In this document: positions 1 to 8,796 of the stretch, one piece after another | Layout of the letters: every line of letters begins with the position of its first letter | How positions within the stretch are numbered: the stretch's first letter is position 1 | NCBI RefSeq assembly: GCF_000014785.1 | Contig: NC_008340.1 | Span: 3,243,945-3,275,944 of the forward strand | DNA from: Alkalilimnicola ehrlichii MLHE-1 | GTDB taxonomy: Bacteria > Pseudomonadota > Gammaproteobacteria > Nitrococcales > Halorhodospiraceae | DNA length: 32,000 nucleotides | Direction: 5' to 3' | Notes under the pieces: generated by a model | What the model was told of the DNA's origin: nothing | What the model saw: the letters and a program-made list of their open reading frames with translations, nothing else | Database searches by the model: none | Translations under genes and position numbers: made by a program

Positions 1-686
1 ATACAGCCGTTGTCCACAAAGGCGGCCATACCGCGCTTCTGCTGGTCGGTCAGCGCATCCAGGTCACCCCGCAGGTAGCGATCGAACGGCGAGTTCGGGG
101 TATTCAGGGTGCGCTGGAAGCTGGCCAGGGCCTTGGCGACGTTATCCGCTTTGATCGGCTGGTCATCGCCCGGGTAGGCCGCCGCGAACTTCGCCTGGTA
201 CTCATCGAACTCCTTGAGCCGCTCCAGGGCTGCGTCCAGGTCCATGGCCATCTCGATGTCTGCCTCGATCGGCCCCAGGGCCTGACCCTCCAGGTCCGGC
301 TCGCGGCCGTCCCAGAACTGGGCCTCGAAGAAGCCGGAGTTGAGCACCGTGGGGGTGTTACGCTCGCCTACCTGGCCCTCGTGACCCACCGCCCGCGGAA
401 TGCGGTCGGCCCAGCCGAGCGCCGGGTTGTGACAGGTGGCACAACTGATAACACCGCTGGACGAGATGCGCGGCTCGAAGAAGAGCATCTTGCCCAGTTC
501 GATCTTCTCCTTGGTCAGGGAGTTATCCGCCGGAATCGGCGGCAGCGCGGGCAGTGGCTCGAACCGGTCGGCATACTGGCTGTAGAAACCGTCTTCCGCA
601 CTGGCGGTGCTGGCGGCAAAGGCCAGAATGCAGCCCATTCCCAATGCCGGGATCGCCTTGCGGAGGTGTGTCCCCAGGCTTGTCAT
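1..686 (-). CDS. di-haem cytochrome c peroxidase (CcpA/MauG family), N-terminal part; the 3' end runs off the left edge of the window
   Basis: It is absent from the ORF track because it is open at the window edge. My reverse-strand translation from the ATG (rc of 684..686) gives MTSLGTHLRKAIPALGMGCILAFAASTASA (signal peptide), then SCATCHNP (CxxCH haem site), FFEAQFWDGRE, and FVDNGC at the edge (start of the second haem motif). An AAGGAGG Shine-Dalgarno (rc of 693..699) lies 6 nt upstream. Confidence 0.85.
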   Translation of the reverse strand, partial: MTSLGTHLRKAIPALGMGCILAFAASTASAEDGFYSQYADRFEPLPALPPIPADNSLTKEKIELGKMLFFEPRISSSGVISCATCHNPALGWADRIPRAVGHEGQVGERNTPTVLNSGFFEAQFWDGREPDLEGQALGPIEADIEMAMDLDAALERLKEFDEYQAKFAAAYPGDDQPIKADNVAKALASFQRTLNTPNSPFDRYLRGDLDALTDQQKRGMAAFVDNGC

Positions 687-731
687 AGTGCGCCTCCTTA
701 TCTGTTGACGCTGGCGTGGTGAACCCCTTTG

Positions 732-755
732 CAGAGCATCAAGTCAAATGCTCTG
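732..755. promoter_or_regulatory. perfect palindrome CAGAGCAT-N8-ATGCTCTG in the divergent ccp / msrPQ control region (candidate operator)
   Basis: Read directly: 732..739 CAGAGCAT and 748..755 ATGCTCTG are exact reverse complements. It lies in the 169-bp spacer of lower GC between two divergently oriented start codons (686 and 856). Confidence 0.3.
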
Positions 756-855
756 TAATTGTTCCAAAATGAAGGTACGGTAGGTATTAGTAGCTTACAA
801 CTGAGCGAAATACTCAGTTTTGCCGTCGATCAATTCTCTTGCTGGAGTGCCCGCC

Positions 856-1803
856 ATGGCCCGCTATCGCTATCCGAAGATCCCGGAATCAGAGATCACC
901 CCGGAACCGCTCTACCGGGCCCGGCGCCGGTTTTTCCGCCAGGGCGTCGGCTTGGCCGTCGCGGCCGCGGCACCGGGGCTGCTGCTGCGCCCGGCCGCCG
1001 CCTGGCAGGGGGCTCTGGACGAGGCCCCCGGCAGCGGGCTGTCCACCGACGAACCGCTGACGAGCCTGGATGACATCACCTCCTACAACAACTTCTACGA
1101 GCTGGGCACGCGCAAGCGCGACCCCTCGGACTGGGCCCATCAGCTCCAGACCGACCCCTGGACCCTGAGTATAGAAGGCGAGGTGAATAAGCCAGGGGAA
1201 TTCGACCTGAGCGATGTCATCCGGCCGGATGAACTGGAGCAGCGCATCTACCGCCTGCGCTGCGTGGAGGCCTGGTCCATGGTGATCCCCTGGGTCGGCT
1301 TCGAGCTGCGTAAGCTGCTGGAGCGCCACGAGCCCACCGACCGCGCCAAGTACGTGGTCTTCGAGTCCATCCACGACCCGGACAACCTGCGCGGCCAACG
1401 TCGCGGCATCATCGACTGGCCCTACCGTGAGGGGCTGCGCATGGATGAGGCGATGCACCCGCTCACCCTGCTGGCGGTGGGGCTGTACGGCAAGCCCATG
1501 CCCAACCAGAACGGCGCGCCCATCCGTCTGGTGGTGCCCTGGAAGTATGGCTTCAAGAGCATCAAGTCCATCGTGCGCATCCGCCTGCAGGAGGAACGTC
1601 CGGTCAGCGCCTGGGAGGCGATGTCACCGGAGGAGTACGGCTTCTACGCCAACGTCAACCCCCACGTCGACCACCCCCGCTGGTCGCAGGCTCGGGAGCG
1701 CCGGATCGGGGAACCGGGGCGGCGGGAGACCCTGATGTTCAACGGCTACGAGGAGGAGGTCGCCCACCTTTACGAGGGCATGGACCTGGAAAAACACTTC
1801 TGA
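856..1803 (+). CDS. msrP: periplasmic protein-methionine-sulfoxide reductase, molybdopterin catalytic subunit MsrP (YedY)
   Basis: This is track ORF 820..1803, and I prefer the ATG at 856 ([11 protein letters not shown]...). It has a Tat-like RRRFFRQG signal. It is colinear with E. coli YedY through [78 protein letters not shown] and LMFNGY. Confidence 0.9.
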   Translation: MARYRYPKIPESEITPEPLYRARRRFFRQGVGLAVAAAAPGLLLRPAAAWQGALDEAPGSGLSTDEPLTSLDDITSYNNFYELGTRKRDPSDWAHQLQTDPWTLSIEGEVNKPGEFDLSDVIRPDELEQRIYRLRCVEAWSMVIPWVGFELRKLLERHEPTDRAKYVVFESIHDPDNLRGQRRGIIDWPYREGLRMDEAMHPLTLLAVGLYGKPMPNQNGAPIRLVVPWKYGFKSIKSIVRIRLQEERPVSAWEAMSPEEYGFYANVNPHVDHPRWSQARERRIGEPGRRETLMFNGYEEEVAHLYEGMDLEKHF

Positions 1804-1804
1804 T

Positions 1805-2404
1805 ATGGATCATCAAAAGACCGCCATCCACGGCTTCCGTGTACTGGTCCTGGTGGCGTGCGCCACGCCGGCCCTGTGGCTGGTCTGGGCCTGGTTCAAC
1901 GCCGGATTGGGGGCGAACCCGGCGGAGGCCGTGGTCCACTTCACCGGCCGCTTCGGGCTGGCGCTGCTGCTGGCCACCATCGCCTTGGGGCCCGCCTTCC
2001 GACTCAGCGGCTGGGTGGGGTTCATGGTCGCCCGCCGGCAGTTGGGGCTTTGGGCCTTCTTCTGGCTGGTGGCCCACGCCCTGGCCTGGATGGGGTTGGA
2101 TCAGTACTGGGACTGGCCCTGGATCTGGCAGGACCTGTGGGGGCTGGAGTACATCCGCTACGGACTGGCGGGCCTGGTACTGCTCGTGCCCCTGGCCCTG
2201 ACCTCCTTCCGGGCCGCCCAGCAGGCCCTAGGCAGGAGCCGCTGGCAGTGGTTGCACCGGCTGGTCTACCTGTCCGCGGCGCTGGGGGTGGTGCACTTCT
2301 GGATTCTCACCCGGGCCGATTACCGGGATGTGGTGATCTACGGGGCCGTGCTGGCCGCCCTCGCCGCCTTCCGCCTCGGCTGTGCGGTCGTGGACCGGCG
2401 CTGA
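1805..2404 (+). CDS. msrQ: haem-b membrane subunit MsrQ (YedZ), electron donor for MsrP
   Basis: The ATG is 1 nt after the msrP stop. The product is a 199-aa polytopic hydrophobic protein with the conserved histidines expected of the YedZ/ferric-reductase-like fold, and msrP-msrQ is the canonical pairing. Confidence 0.85.
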   Translation: MDHQKTAIHGFRVLVLVACATPALWLVWAWFNAGLGANPAEAVVHFTGRFGLALLLATIALGPAFRLSGWVGFMVARRQLGLWAFFWLVAHALAWMGLDQYWDWPWIWQDLWGLEYIRYGLAGLVLLVPLALTSFRAAQQALGRSRWQWLHRLVYLSAALGVVHFWILTRADYRDVVIYGAVLAALAAFRLGCAVVDRR

Positions 2405-2450
2405 TGAGGATCGGCTTGGCGCCCGCGGCGGGCTGGGGGACAATGGCCCC

Positions 2451-3071
2451 ATGAATCCGATCTATTTCCAGGCCCGCTTTCTCACCAGTGCGCCGGACCT
2501 GCGCCGCATGCCGCCCGACCAGGGCCGGGAGGTAGCCTTCGCCGGCCGCTCCAACGTGGGCAAGTCGAGCGCCATCAACACCCTGACCAATCAGAAGTCG
2601 CTTGCCCGTACCAGCAAGACCCCGGGCCGCACCCAGTTGATCAACGTCTTCCCGATCACCGACGAGGCGGCGTTGGTGGACCTGCCCGGCTACGGCTACG
2701 CCAAGGTGCCCGCCGCCGTGCGCCGGCGTTGGGATCAGGTGCTGCCGGAGTATCTGGCCGGCCGCCGCGCCCTGCGCGGCGTGGTGCTGGTAATGGATCT
2801 GCGCCACCCGCTCACCGACTTCGACCGCCAGATGTTGGACTGGTGCGGCCATATCGGGGTGCCGCTGCACGTCCTGCTCACCAAGGCGGACAAATTCAAG
2901 GCCGGGGCGGCGCGCAACCGGGGGCAGAATGTGGGCCGGCAGCTACGCGCCGAGTGGCCCGGGGTGACCTGGCAGATCTTCTCGGCCAGCAAACGGATGG
3001 GCGTGGACGAGGCCCACGCGCGGCTGGATGAATGGCTGGGCCTGGGCCCCGCCGCGGGGGAGGGCCGCTGA
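2451..3071 (+). CDS. engB: ribosome-biogenesis GTPase EngB (YihA/YsxC)
   Basis: This is track ORF 2382..3071, and I prefer the ATG at 2451 ([16 protein letters not shown]...). It carries G1 [10 protein letters not shown]3 DLPGYG and G4 TKADK. As in E. coli, it lies near polA. Confidence 0.9.
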   Translation: MNPIYFQARFLTSAPDLRRMPPDQGREVAFAGRSNVGKSSAINTLTNQKSLARTSKTPGRTQLINVFPITDEAALVDLPGYGYAKVPAAVRRRWDQVLPEYLAGRRALRGVVLVMDLRHPLTDFDRQMLDWCGHIGVPLHVLLTKADKFKAGAARNRGQNVGRQLRAEWPGVTWQIFSASKRMGVDEAHARLDEWLGLGPAAGEGR

Positions 3072-3091
3072 GCAGCCCGCCCGCCGGCGGG

Positions 3092-3748
3092 TCAGAATCG
3101 GTAACTGAGCGCCACCGAGATGACCGGATAGTACTTCAGGTCTTCCAGGTCGTCCTCGAGGCTCTCTTCCTCTCTGCGGACATCCTCGCGGAACTGTTCT
3201 TCCAACACCGGGTTGTTGGTGGTCCCGTCCAAGCGGACTCGCGGGGAGCCGGTGAACAGGACGCCGATATCGGACGAGAAGGACAGCCGGCCGCCGGCCA
3301 GCGCATTGCCCCAACCGATACCCAGGTAGGGGGCAAACCTGCGCCAGTCCACCTCGGCATCCAGACGCGCATCGTAGACGCCCTCGCCGATCGGCAGCCC
3401 TTCCTCCTGGGCCGAGCCGCGGAACTCGTTGCCGTTGTAGAACCCGCCGGCGCTGAGCCGGAAACGCCCCCCGAAGGGGTACCAGTCCGCCAGCACCCCG
3501 GCGCTGCGCACCTTCAGGGTGCCGTCATATTCAATGTCGTCCTCTTCCACATCGGTACTGTAGTCGAGCCCCGATACCGAGGCGCGCAGGTTGACCCGGT
3601 CACTCACCCCCAGGGTGCCCTCCAGACCCAACCCCGTGGTGCCGGCCTTTACGCCGACGGCGAACGGGCCAGCCGCATGGCCGGTACCCGCGCTGAACAA
3701 CAGGACCAGGGCGAGGGCAATGCCCCCGACGGCGCGGCGTTTTTTCAT
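3092..3748 (-). CDS. outer-membrane beta-barrel protein (OmpW/OmpA-barrel-like), exact family uncertain
   Basis: This is track ORF 3092..3847, and I prefer the internal ATG (rc of 3746..3748) giving MKKRRAVGGIALALVLLFSAGTGHA (signal peptide). It has alternating beta-strand-like segments and a C-terminal ...ALSYRF aromatic OMP signature. Confidence 0.7.
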   Translation of the reverse strand: MKKRRAVGGIALALVLLFSAGTGHAAGPFAVGVKAGTTGLGLEGTLGVSDRVNLRASVSGLDYSTDVEEDDIEYDGTLKVRSAGVLADWYPFGGRFRLSAGGFYNGNEFRGSAQEEGLPIGEGVYDARLDAEVDWRRFAPYLGIGWGNALAGGRLSFSSDIGVLFTGSPRVRLDGTTNNPVLEEQFREDVRREEESLEDDLEDLKYYPVISVALSYRF

Positions 3749-3838
3749 ATCGTCTCTTCCCGATAACGCGAAAGGTTTAATCTTTCGCATCATAAGCGGG
3801 TTCGCCATGCCCGATCCAGGGGTCAGCACGGCCGGGGG

Positions 3839-3889
3839 AAAACGCACAAAGAAAAGGACCCCGGTCCCTGGGGGGAGGGAACCGGGGCC
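3839..3889 (-). terminator. probable rho-independent terminator downstream of polA-dsbB
   Basis: The minus strand reads GGCCCCGGTTCCCT-CCCCCC-AGGGACCGGGGTCC (about 13 bp of stem with two bulges, plus-strand coordinates 3856..3889), followed by TTTTCTTTGTGCGTTTTCC (3839..3855). Confidence 0.5.
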
Positions 3890-4046
3890 AAGCTTGACCC
3901 GGCCTTGGGGCGAGCCGGGTGCAGAAGCCCGCTAGAAGAGGAGGGAAGCGGGCGGCGCCAGCGTCGGCGCTCATTGATTAAGACTAGCCCGGCCGCAAAA
4001 AGTTTCCCGGCCGGCGAAAAAAATTTGGCCCGAGTGGGGTTCGCCC

Positions 4047-4535
4047 TTATGCCCGCCGGGCGAGCACGGCATACAGCCCCAGGGCGCCAAGGGCCAGGTA
4101 CCCCACCAGGGTCCAGCCGGGCAGGGGCACACCCAGCACCGCGTCCACCTGGGTGCAGTCGGTGGTGCCGGAGAGGATCTCCAACAGCACCTCCCACCAA
4201 GGCAGAAACTGGGCCAGCACCTCGGGCGACATACCACAGCTGACGGCATCGGGGTTGGCCTGAATGTAGAGATGGCGCAGGGCGATGATCACGCCGGTCA
4301 GGGCACTCAGGCCCAGGGCGCCGGCCAGCGGCCAGCGGCCCCAGCCCCGGGGGAAGTACACCAGGCCCACTAGCGCCACCAGCGACATCAGACCGAAGAC
4401 CCCCCGCTGCACCCAGCAGAGCGGACAGGGGGGCATGTCCGCCAGGTATTCCAGCCCCAGCGCCCCCAGGTTCAGCAGCAGTGTGAGCACCAGGAGCAAA
4501 GCAAGCCCCCGGCGCCGGAGCAGCCAGTCACCCAT
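4047..4535 (-). CDS. dsbB: disulfide bond formation protein B
   Basis: This is track ORF 4047..4580, and I prefer the ATG (rc of 4533..4535) giving MGDWLLRRRGLALLLV.... It has four predicted TM segments, a CPLC (CxxC) in the first periplasmic loop and a second Cys pair (SCG...DCTQ), matching E. coli DsbB topology. Confidence 0.8.
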   Translation of the reverse strand: MGDWLLRRRGLALLLVLTLLLNLGALGLEYLADMPPCPLCWVQRGVFGLMSLVALVGLVYFPRGWGRWPLAGALGLSALTGVIIALRHLYIQANPDAVSCGMSPEVLAQFLPWWEVLLEILSGTTDCTQVDAVLGVPLPGWTLVGYLALGALGLYAVLARRA

Positions 4536-4604
4536 ACGCGCCCCCTGCGGCGACGCCGGTCTGCGACCCCGCCATCCCACCCCGGTTGCCCGGCCAGTGT
4601 TTCA

Positions 4605-7343
4605 TCAATGGGCCCCCTCCCAGTCGTCGGCCACGCCCACATCGACCTCCAGCGGCACGGCCAGTTCCCCGGCCGCCTGCATGCGCTCGCGCAGCCCCTC
4701 CGCCACCGCCGGCACGTCCGCTGCCGGCACCTCCAGCACCAGTTCGTCGTGGACCTGCATGACCATACGCGCCTTGGAATGCGCCTCCGTCAGCCAGGCG
4801 TCCACCGCCACCATGGCGCGCTTGATGAGATCGGCCGCGGTGCCCTGCATCGGCGCATTGATGGCGGTGCGCTCGGCATACTCCCGGCGCTGGCGGTTGC
4901 GGGCATTGATCTCGGGCAGGTAGAGCCGGCGACCGAACAGCGTCTCCACGTAACCGCGTTCACGGGCCTCGGCACGGGTGCGGTCCATGTACTCTTTGAC
5001 CCCGGGGTAGCGCTCAAAATAGCGGTCCACGTAGGCCTGGGCCTCGCCGCGCTCGATGCCCAGCTGCCGGGCCAGGCCGTAGGCGGACATGCCGTAGATC
5101 AGACCAAAGTTGATGGCCTTGGCCGCCCGCCGCTGCTCGCCGCCCACCCGTTCGGGTGCGAGACCGAAGACCTCGGCGGCGGTGGCGCTGTGGATGTCCG
5201 CACCCTCGGCGAACGCTTGGCGCAGCCCCTCATCCCCCGACAGGTGGGCCATGATCCGCAGCTCCACCTGGGAGTAGTCCGCCGCCAGCAGCTTGCAGCC
5301 GGGCTCGGCGACGAAGGCCTTGCGGATGCGCCGGCCCTCGGCGGTACGCACCGGGATGTTCTGCAGGTTGGGATCGGAGCTGGACAGCCGCCCGGTGGCG
5401 GCCACCGCCTGATGATAGCTGGTGTGCACCCGGCCGGTCTTCGGGTGGATCAGCCGCGGCAGCTTGTCGGTGTAGGTGGTCTTCAGCTTGGCCAGACTGC
5501 GGTAAGCCAGGATCAACCGCGGCAGCTCGTAACCGCGTGCCGCCAGCTCCTCGAGCACCGACTCGGCGGTGGAGGGCGCCCCCTTGGGGGTCTTCTGCAG
5601 CACCGGCAGGCCCATGCGTTCGAACAGGATCTCCTGAATCTGCTTGGGGCTGGAGAGGTTGAAGGGTCCTTCCGCCTCCTCGTGGGCGCGTTGTTCCAAC
5701 GCGGCCATGCCCTCGGCCAGTTCCGTACTCTGCTGCTCCAGCAGTGCTCGGTCCACCTTCACCCCGTGACGCTCCATGCGCGAGAGCACCGGCAGCAACG
5801 GCATTTCGATAGCGTGGAACACCTGCACCAGCCGTCCCTCGGCCTCGAGCCTCGGATAGAGCGTCTGGTGCAGACGCAGGGTGATATCGGCATCCTCCCC
5901 GGCATAGCGTGTGGCGGTCTCCACCGCCACCTGGGCGAAGGGGATCTGCTTGGCGCCCTTACCGCAGACATCCTCGTATTTCACGGTGGCACGGCCCAGG
6001 TACTTGAGGGCCAGGGAGTCCATATCGTGACGGCTGGCGGTGGAGTCCAGCACGTAGGACTCGAGCATGGTGTCGTAGGCCACACCCTCCAGGTGGATGT
6101 CGTAGCGGGCCAGCACGCTCATGTCGTACTTGAGGTTCTGCCCGACCTTGGCGCGGTCCGGGTCCTCGAGCAGCGGCTTGAGCGCGGCCAGCACCCGGTC
6201 GCGGTCGAGTTGCGTCGGGGTATCGGGGCCTTCATGGGCCAGCGGGACGTAGGCGGCCTCACCCGCCCCCACCGCCAGCGCCACCCCGACGATCTCGGCA
6301 TCCATGTAGTTGAGGCTGCTGGTCTCCAGGTCGAAGGCGAACAGCTCGGCTGACTCCAGCCGGCGCAACCAGTCGTCGAAGGCATCCGCGTCGTCCACGG
6401 TGTGGTAGCGGGCGTCGTCACCCTCGCCGGCGCCACCGGCCGCGCCCGGCCCGGCCGGGGCCACCTCGCCGCCGCTGTCGCCGTCACCATTCAGCAGCTC
6501 GCGGAGCAGCCGGCGGAACTCATACCGCTGGTAGTACTCGCGCAGTCGCTCCACGTCCGATTCGCCGGGTTTCAGGTCCTCCGGGCGCTGGTCCAGGTCC
6601 AGGTCGCAGCGGATGGTGGCCAGGTCCTCGCTCAACGCCAGCTCGTCCAGGTGCGCGCGCAGGCTCTCCCCCACCTTGCCCTTGACCTCATCGGCGCGGG
6701 CCTTGAGGGCGTCCAGCGAGCCGAACTGATTGAGCCACTTGGCAGCGGTCTTGGGGCCGACGCGGGGGACACCGGGGATGTTGTCGGAGCTGTCCCCGAC
6801 CAGGGCCAGGTAGTCGATGATCCGCTCCGGCGGCACGCCGAACTTCTCCTTCACCCCGGCCTCGTCCAGGCGGGTGTCGTTCATGGTATTGAGCAGGGTG
6901 ACCTGCTCGTCCACCAGCTGGGCCATGTCCTTATCGCCGGTGGAGATGACCACCGGCTGACCGGCCTCAGCGGCCTGCCGGGCGAGGGTGCCGATGACGT
7001 CGTCGGCCTCCACGCCGGGCACCTCCAGCAGCGGCAGGCCCATGGCGCGGATAATGTCCTTCAGCGGCTGGATCTGGGCGCGCAACTCGTCCGGCATTGG
7101 CGGGCGGTGGGCCTTGTACTGATCGAACAGCTCGTCACGGAAGGTGCGCCCGGGGGCGTCGAAGACCACCGCGATCCGCTCCGGCCGGTAGTCGTCGAGC
7201 AGCTTGCGGACCATGTTGAGCACGCCGTACATGGCGCCGGTGGGTTCACCGTCTTTGTTGGTGAGCGGCGGCATGGCGTGGAAGGCCCGATAGAGGTAGC
7301 TGGAGCCGTCCACCAGAATCAGGGGCTTGCGGGCGTCAGACAT
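4605..7343 (-). CDS. polA: DNA polymerase I
   Basis: The track ORF (1266 aa) runs far upstream. The true start is the ATG at rc 7341..7343 (MSDARKPLILVDGSSYLYRAFHA, the 5'-3' exonuclease N-terminus), giving 912 aa. Polymerase motifs DYSQVELRIMAHLS and QVHDELVLEV are present. Confidence 0.95.
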   Translation of the reverse strand: MSDARKPLILVDGSSYLYRAFHAMPPLTNKDGEPTGAMYGVLNMVRKLLDDYRPERIAVVFDAPGRTFRDELFDQYKAHRPPMPDELRAQIQPLKDIIRAMGLPLLEVPGVEADDVIGTLARQAAEAGQPVVISTGDKDMAQLVDEQVTLLNTMNDTRLDEAGVKEKFGVPPERIIDYLALVGDSSDNIPGVPRVGPKTAAKWLNQFGSLDALKARADEVKGKVGESLRAHLDELALSEDLATIRCDLDLDQRPEDLKPGESDVERLREYYQRYEFRRLLRELLNGDGDSGGEVAPAGPGAAGGAGEGDDARYHTVDDADAFDDWLRRLESAELFAFDLETSSLNYMDAEIVGVALAVGAGEAAYVPLAHEGPDTPTQLDRDRVLAALKPLLEDPDRAKVGQNLKYDMSVLARYDIHLEGVAYDTMLESYVLDSTASRHDMDSLALKYLGRATVKYEDVCGKGAKQIPFAQVAVETATRYAGEDADITLRLHQTLYPRLEAEGRLVQVFHAIEMPLLPVLSRMERHGVKVDRALLEQQSTELAEGMAALEQRAHEEAEGPFNLSSPKQIQEILFERMGLPVLQKTPKGAPSTAESVLEELAARGYELPRLILAYRSLAKLKTTYTDKLPRLIHPKTGRVHTSYHQAVAATGRLSSSDPNLQNIPVRTAEGRRIRKAFVAEPGCKLLAADYSQVELRIMAHLSGDEGLRQAFAEGADIHSATAAEVFGLAPERVGGEQRRAAKAINFGLIYGMSAYGLARQLGIERGEAQAYVDRYFERYPGVKEYMDRTRAEARERGYVETLFGRRLYLPEINARNRQRREYAERTAINAPMQGTAADLIKRAMVAVDAWLTEAHSKARMVMQVHDELVLEVPAADVPAVAEGLRERMQAAGELAVPLEVDVGVADDWEGAH

Positions 7344-7377
7344 TAAGGTCTCCTGGCGAGTCAATCGGCACATTTCC

Positions 7378-7486
7378 GGGTCAGCGGGGTGTGGACGCGG
7401 GGGTGGGTGTTCCCGGGGGCCTTCGAGCGCGCACCCCTTCGGGGTGCCCGGGAACACCCACCCCCGCGTCCACACCCCGCTGACCC
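7378..7486. repeat. short form of the nested-palindrome intergenic element (copy C): 40-bp perfect inverted repeat around a 29-nt loop
   Basis: 7378..7417 GGGTCAGCGGGGTGTGGACGCGGGGGTGGGTGTTCCCGGG is the exact reverse complement of 7447..7486. The segment 7429..7449, spanning most of the 29-nt loop (7418..7446) and the first 3 nt of the right arm, is 21/21 identical to 11068..11088 of copy A (GCGCACCCCTTCGGGGTGCCC). Confidence 0.9.
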
Positions 7487-7595
7487 TGCCGTTGCCGGCA
7501 ATGCTACCACCTCCCGGCCCGAATGGTGGCGGCATCCCACAGCGGGTCGCCACTGCGGTTATGATAGGGGGACACGCACCCGGCGCGGAGCAGCC

Positions 7596-8321
7596 ATGGA
7601 CCAACACGAGCTCTTCGGTAACGGCAGCCTCAACCCGCTCAACGACTCCCTCATGAGCCGCGAGTCCTGGAAGATCTTCCAGATCATGGCGGAATTCGTC
7701 GAGGGCTTTGAGCGGCTGTCCCAGATCAAACCCTCGGTGAGCGTCTTCGGCTCCGCCCGTACGGCGCCGGATCACCCCTATTACAAGCTGGCCGAGGACC
7801 TCTCCCGGGCACTCTCCGACGCCGGCTTCTCGGTGGTCAGCGGTGGCGGGCCGGGCATCATGGAGGCCGCCAACAAGGGCGCCCATGGGGGCAAGTCGCC
7901 CAGCATCGGGCTGAACATCCAGCTCCCCCACGAGCAGTCGGGCAACCCCTACCAGGACATCAGCCTCAACTTCCGGCACTTCTTCAGCCGCAAGGTGATG
8001 TTCGTCAAGTACGCCTCCGCCTACGTGGTCCTGCCCGGCGGATTCGGCACCCTGGACGAACTGGCCGAGATCCTCACCCTGGTGCAGACGGGGAAGACAC
8101 GCCGCATCCCTATCATTCTGGTGTACAAACCCTACTGGCAGGGCCTGGTGGACTGGTTCCGCGACACCCTGGTGGCCGAGGGCGCCATCAACGCCGAGGA
8201 CATGGACCTCTTCCAGGTGCTCGACGAGCCCACTGAGGTGGTGGACGCCATCTTCGCCCACTATGAGGACCGCGGTTTCGAACCCTCCCGCCGGGAGCGC
8301 GAGATGCTGCTGGACCTCTGA
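7596..8321 (+). CDS. LOG-family / TIGR00730 Rossmann-fold protein (nucleotide 5'-monophosphate nucleosidase-like)
   Basis: This is track ORF 7389..8321, and I prefer the ATG at 7596 (MDQHELFGNGS...) because the upstream part lies inside the repeat. Motifs present are VSVFGSAR, GGGPGIMEAANKGA and PGGFGTLDEL. Confidence 0.85.
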   Translation: MDQHELFGNGSLNPLNDSLMSRESWKIFQIMAEFVEGFERLSQIKPSVSVFGSARTAPDHPYYKLAEDLSRALSDAGFSVVSGGGPGIMEAANKGAHGGKSPSIGLNIQLPHEQSGNPYQDISLNFRHFFSRKVMFVKYASAYVVLPGGFGTLDELAEILTLVQTGKTRRIPIILVYKPYWQGLVDWFRDTLVAEGAINAEDMDLFQVLDEPTEVVDAIFAHYEDRGFEPSRREREMLLDL

Positions 8322-8403
8322 CCATCCCGCCGGCATACGGCCGGGACACCCTGCCGGCACGAGGCCCGCAGCCCCATTCAGGACACACCGCGAGGAGCAG
8401 GAC

Positions 8404-8781
8404 ATGAACGCAGCCGCTATCCGCCCACGTCAGCGCCCGCCCACCCACCTCTTGCTTGCGCTGGGCCTGGGCACCGCCCTCGCCCTGGCAGGCCCCGTCA
8501 GTGGGGAGGAGGAGGGCCCGATTGTCACACCGCCGCCGGCGCCGGAGGAGCTCACCGAGGGCGAGCCGATCGAGCCCACGGTCCGCATCATCCGCCGGGA
8601 GTGGGCCACCATTGAGGAGTTCTCGATCCAGGGTCAGATCTACGCCGTGCGGATCACGCCGGTGGTGGGCCCCCCCTACTACCTGATCGACACCGACGGC
8701 GACGGGGTGCTCAACCACCGGGCGGAGTACGACCCGCTGCGCGAGCCCAAGATCCACCGCTGGGAACTGCTGCGCTGGTAG
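8404..8781 (+). CDS. small secreted protein, DUF2782-like
   Basis: This is track ORF 8263..8781, and I prefer the ATG at 8404, which is preceded by GAGGAGCAGGAC. It has a signal peptide (LLLALGLGTALALAGPVSG), then TIEEFSIQGQIYAVRITPVVGPPYYLIDTDGDG and a terminal W..LLRW. I recall this pattern, and its polA-proximal location, from DUF2782 proteins of Pseudomonas. The family assignment is from memory only. Confidence 0.6.
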   Translation: MNAAAIRPRQRPPTHLLLALGLGTALALAGPVSGEEEGPIVTPPPAPEELTEGEPIEPTVRIIRREWATIEEFSIQGQIYAVRITPVVGPPYYLIDTDGDGVLNHRAEYDPLREPKIHRWELLRW

Positions 8782-8796
8782 GCTGGCCGGCGGTGC

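Noticed and set aside
10-18. A DnaA-box-like TTGTCCACA (8/9 match) at the left edge.
   Set aside because: It is a single one-mismatch hit inside the cytochrome c peroxidase coding sequence (encoding ...FVDNG...), which is expected by chance.
3072-3091. The palindromic CCCGCCGGCGGG between the convergent engB and OMP stops, as a bidirectional terminator.
   Set aside because: It has no loop (effectively a 4-bp stem) and no T-tracts, so it is too weak to call.
3988-4030. A CCGGCCG...CGGCCGG hairpin with flanking A/T runs just downstream of dsbB, as a second terminator.
   Set aside because: On the minus strand the T-run precedes the stem rather than following it, and on the plus strand there is no gene to terminate. 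The better terminator candidate is at 3839..3889.
4605-8405. A 1266-aa minus-strand ORF that appears to extend polA by about 350 codons upstream.
   Set aside because: The extension runs through the intergenic palindrome and antisense to the well-supported LOG-family gene. The canonical PolI N-terminus (MSDARKPLILVDGSSYLYRAFHA) begins at the internal ATG at 7343. The extension is a high-GC open-frame artefact.
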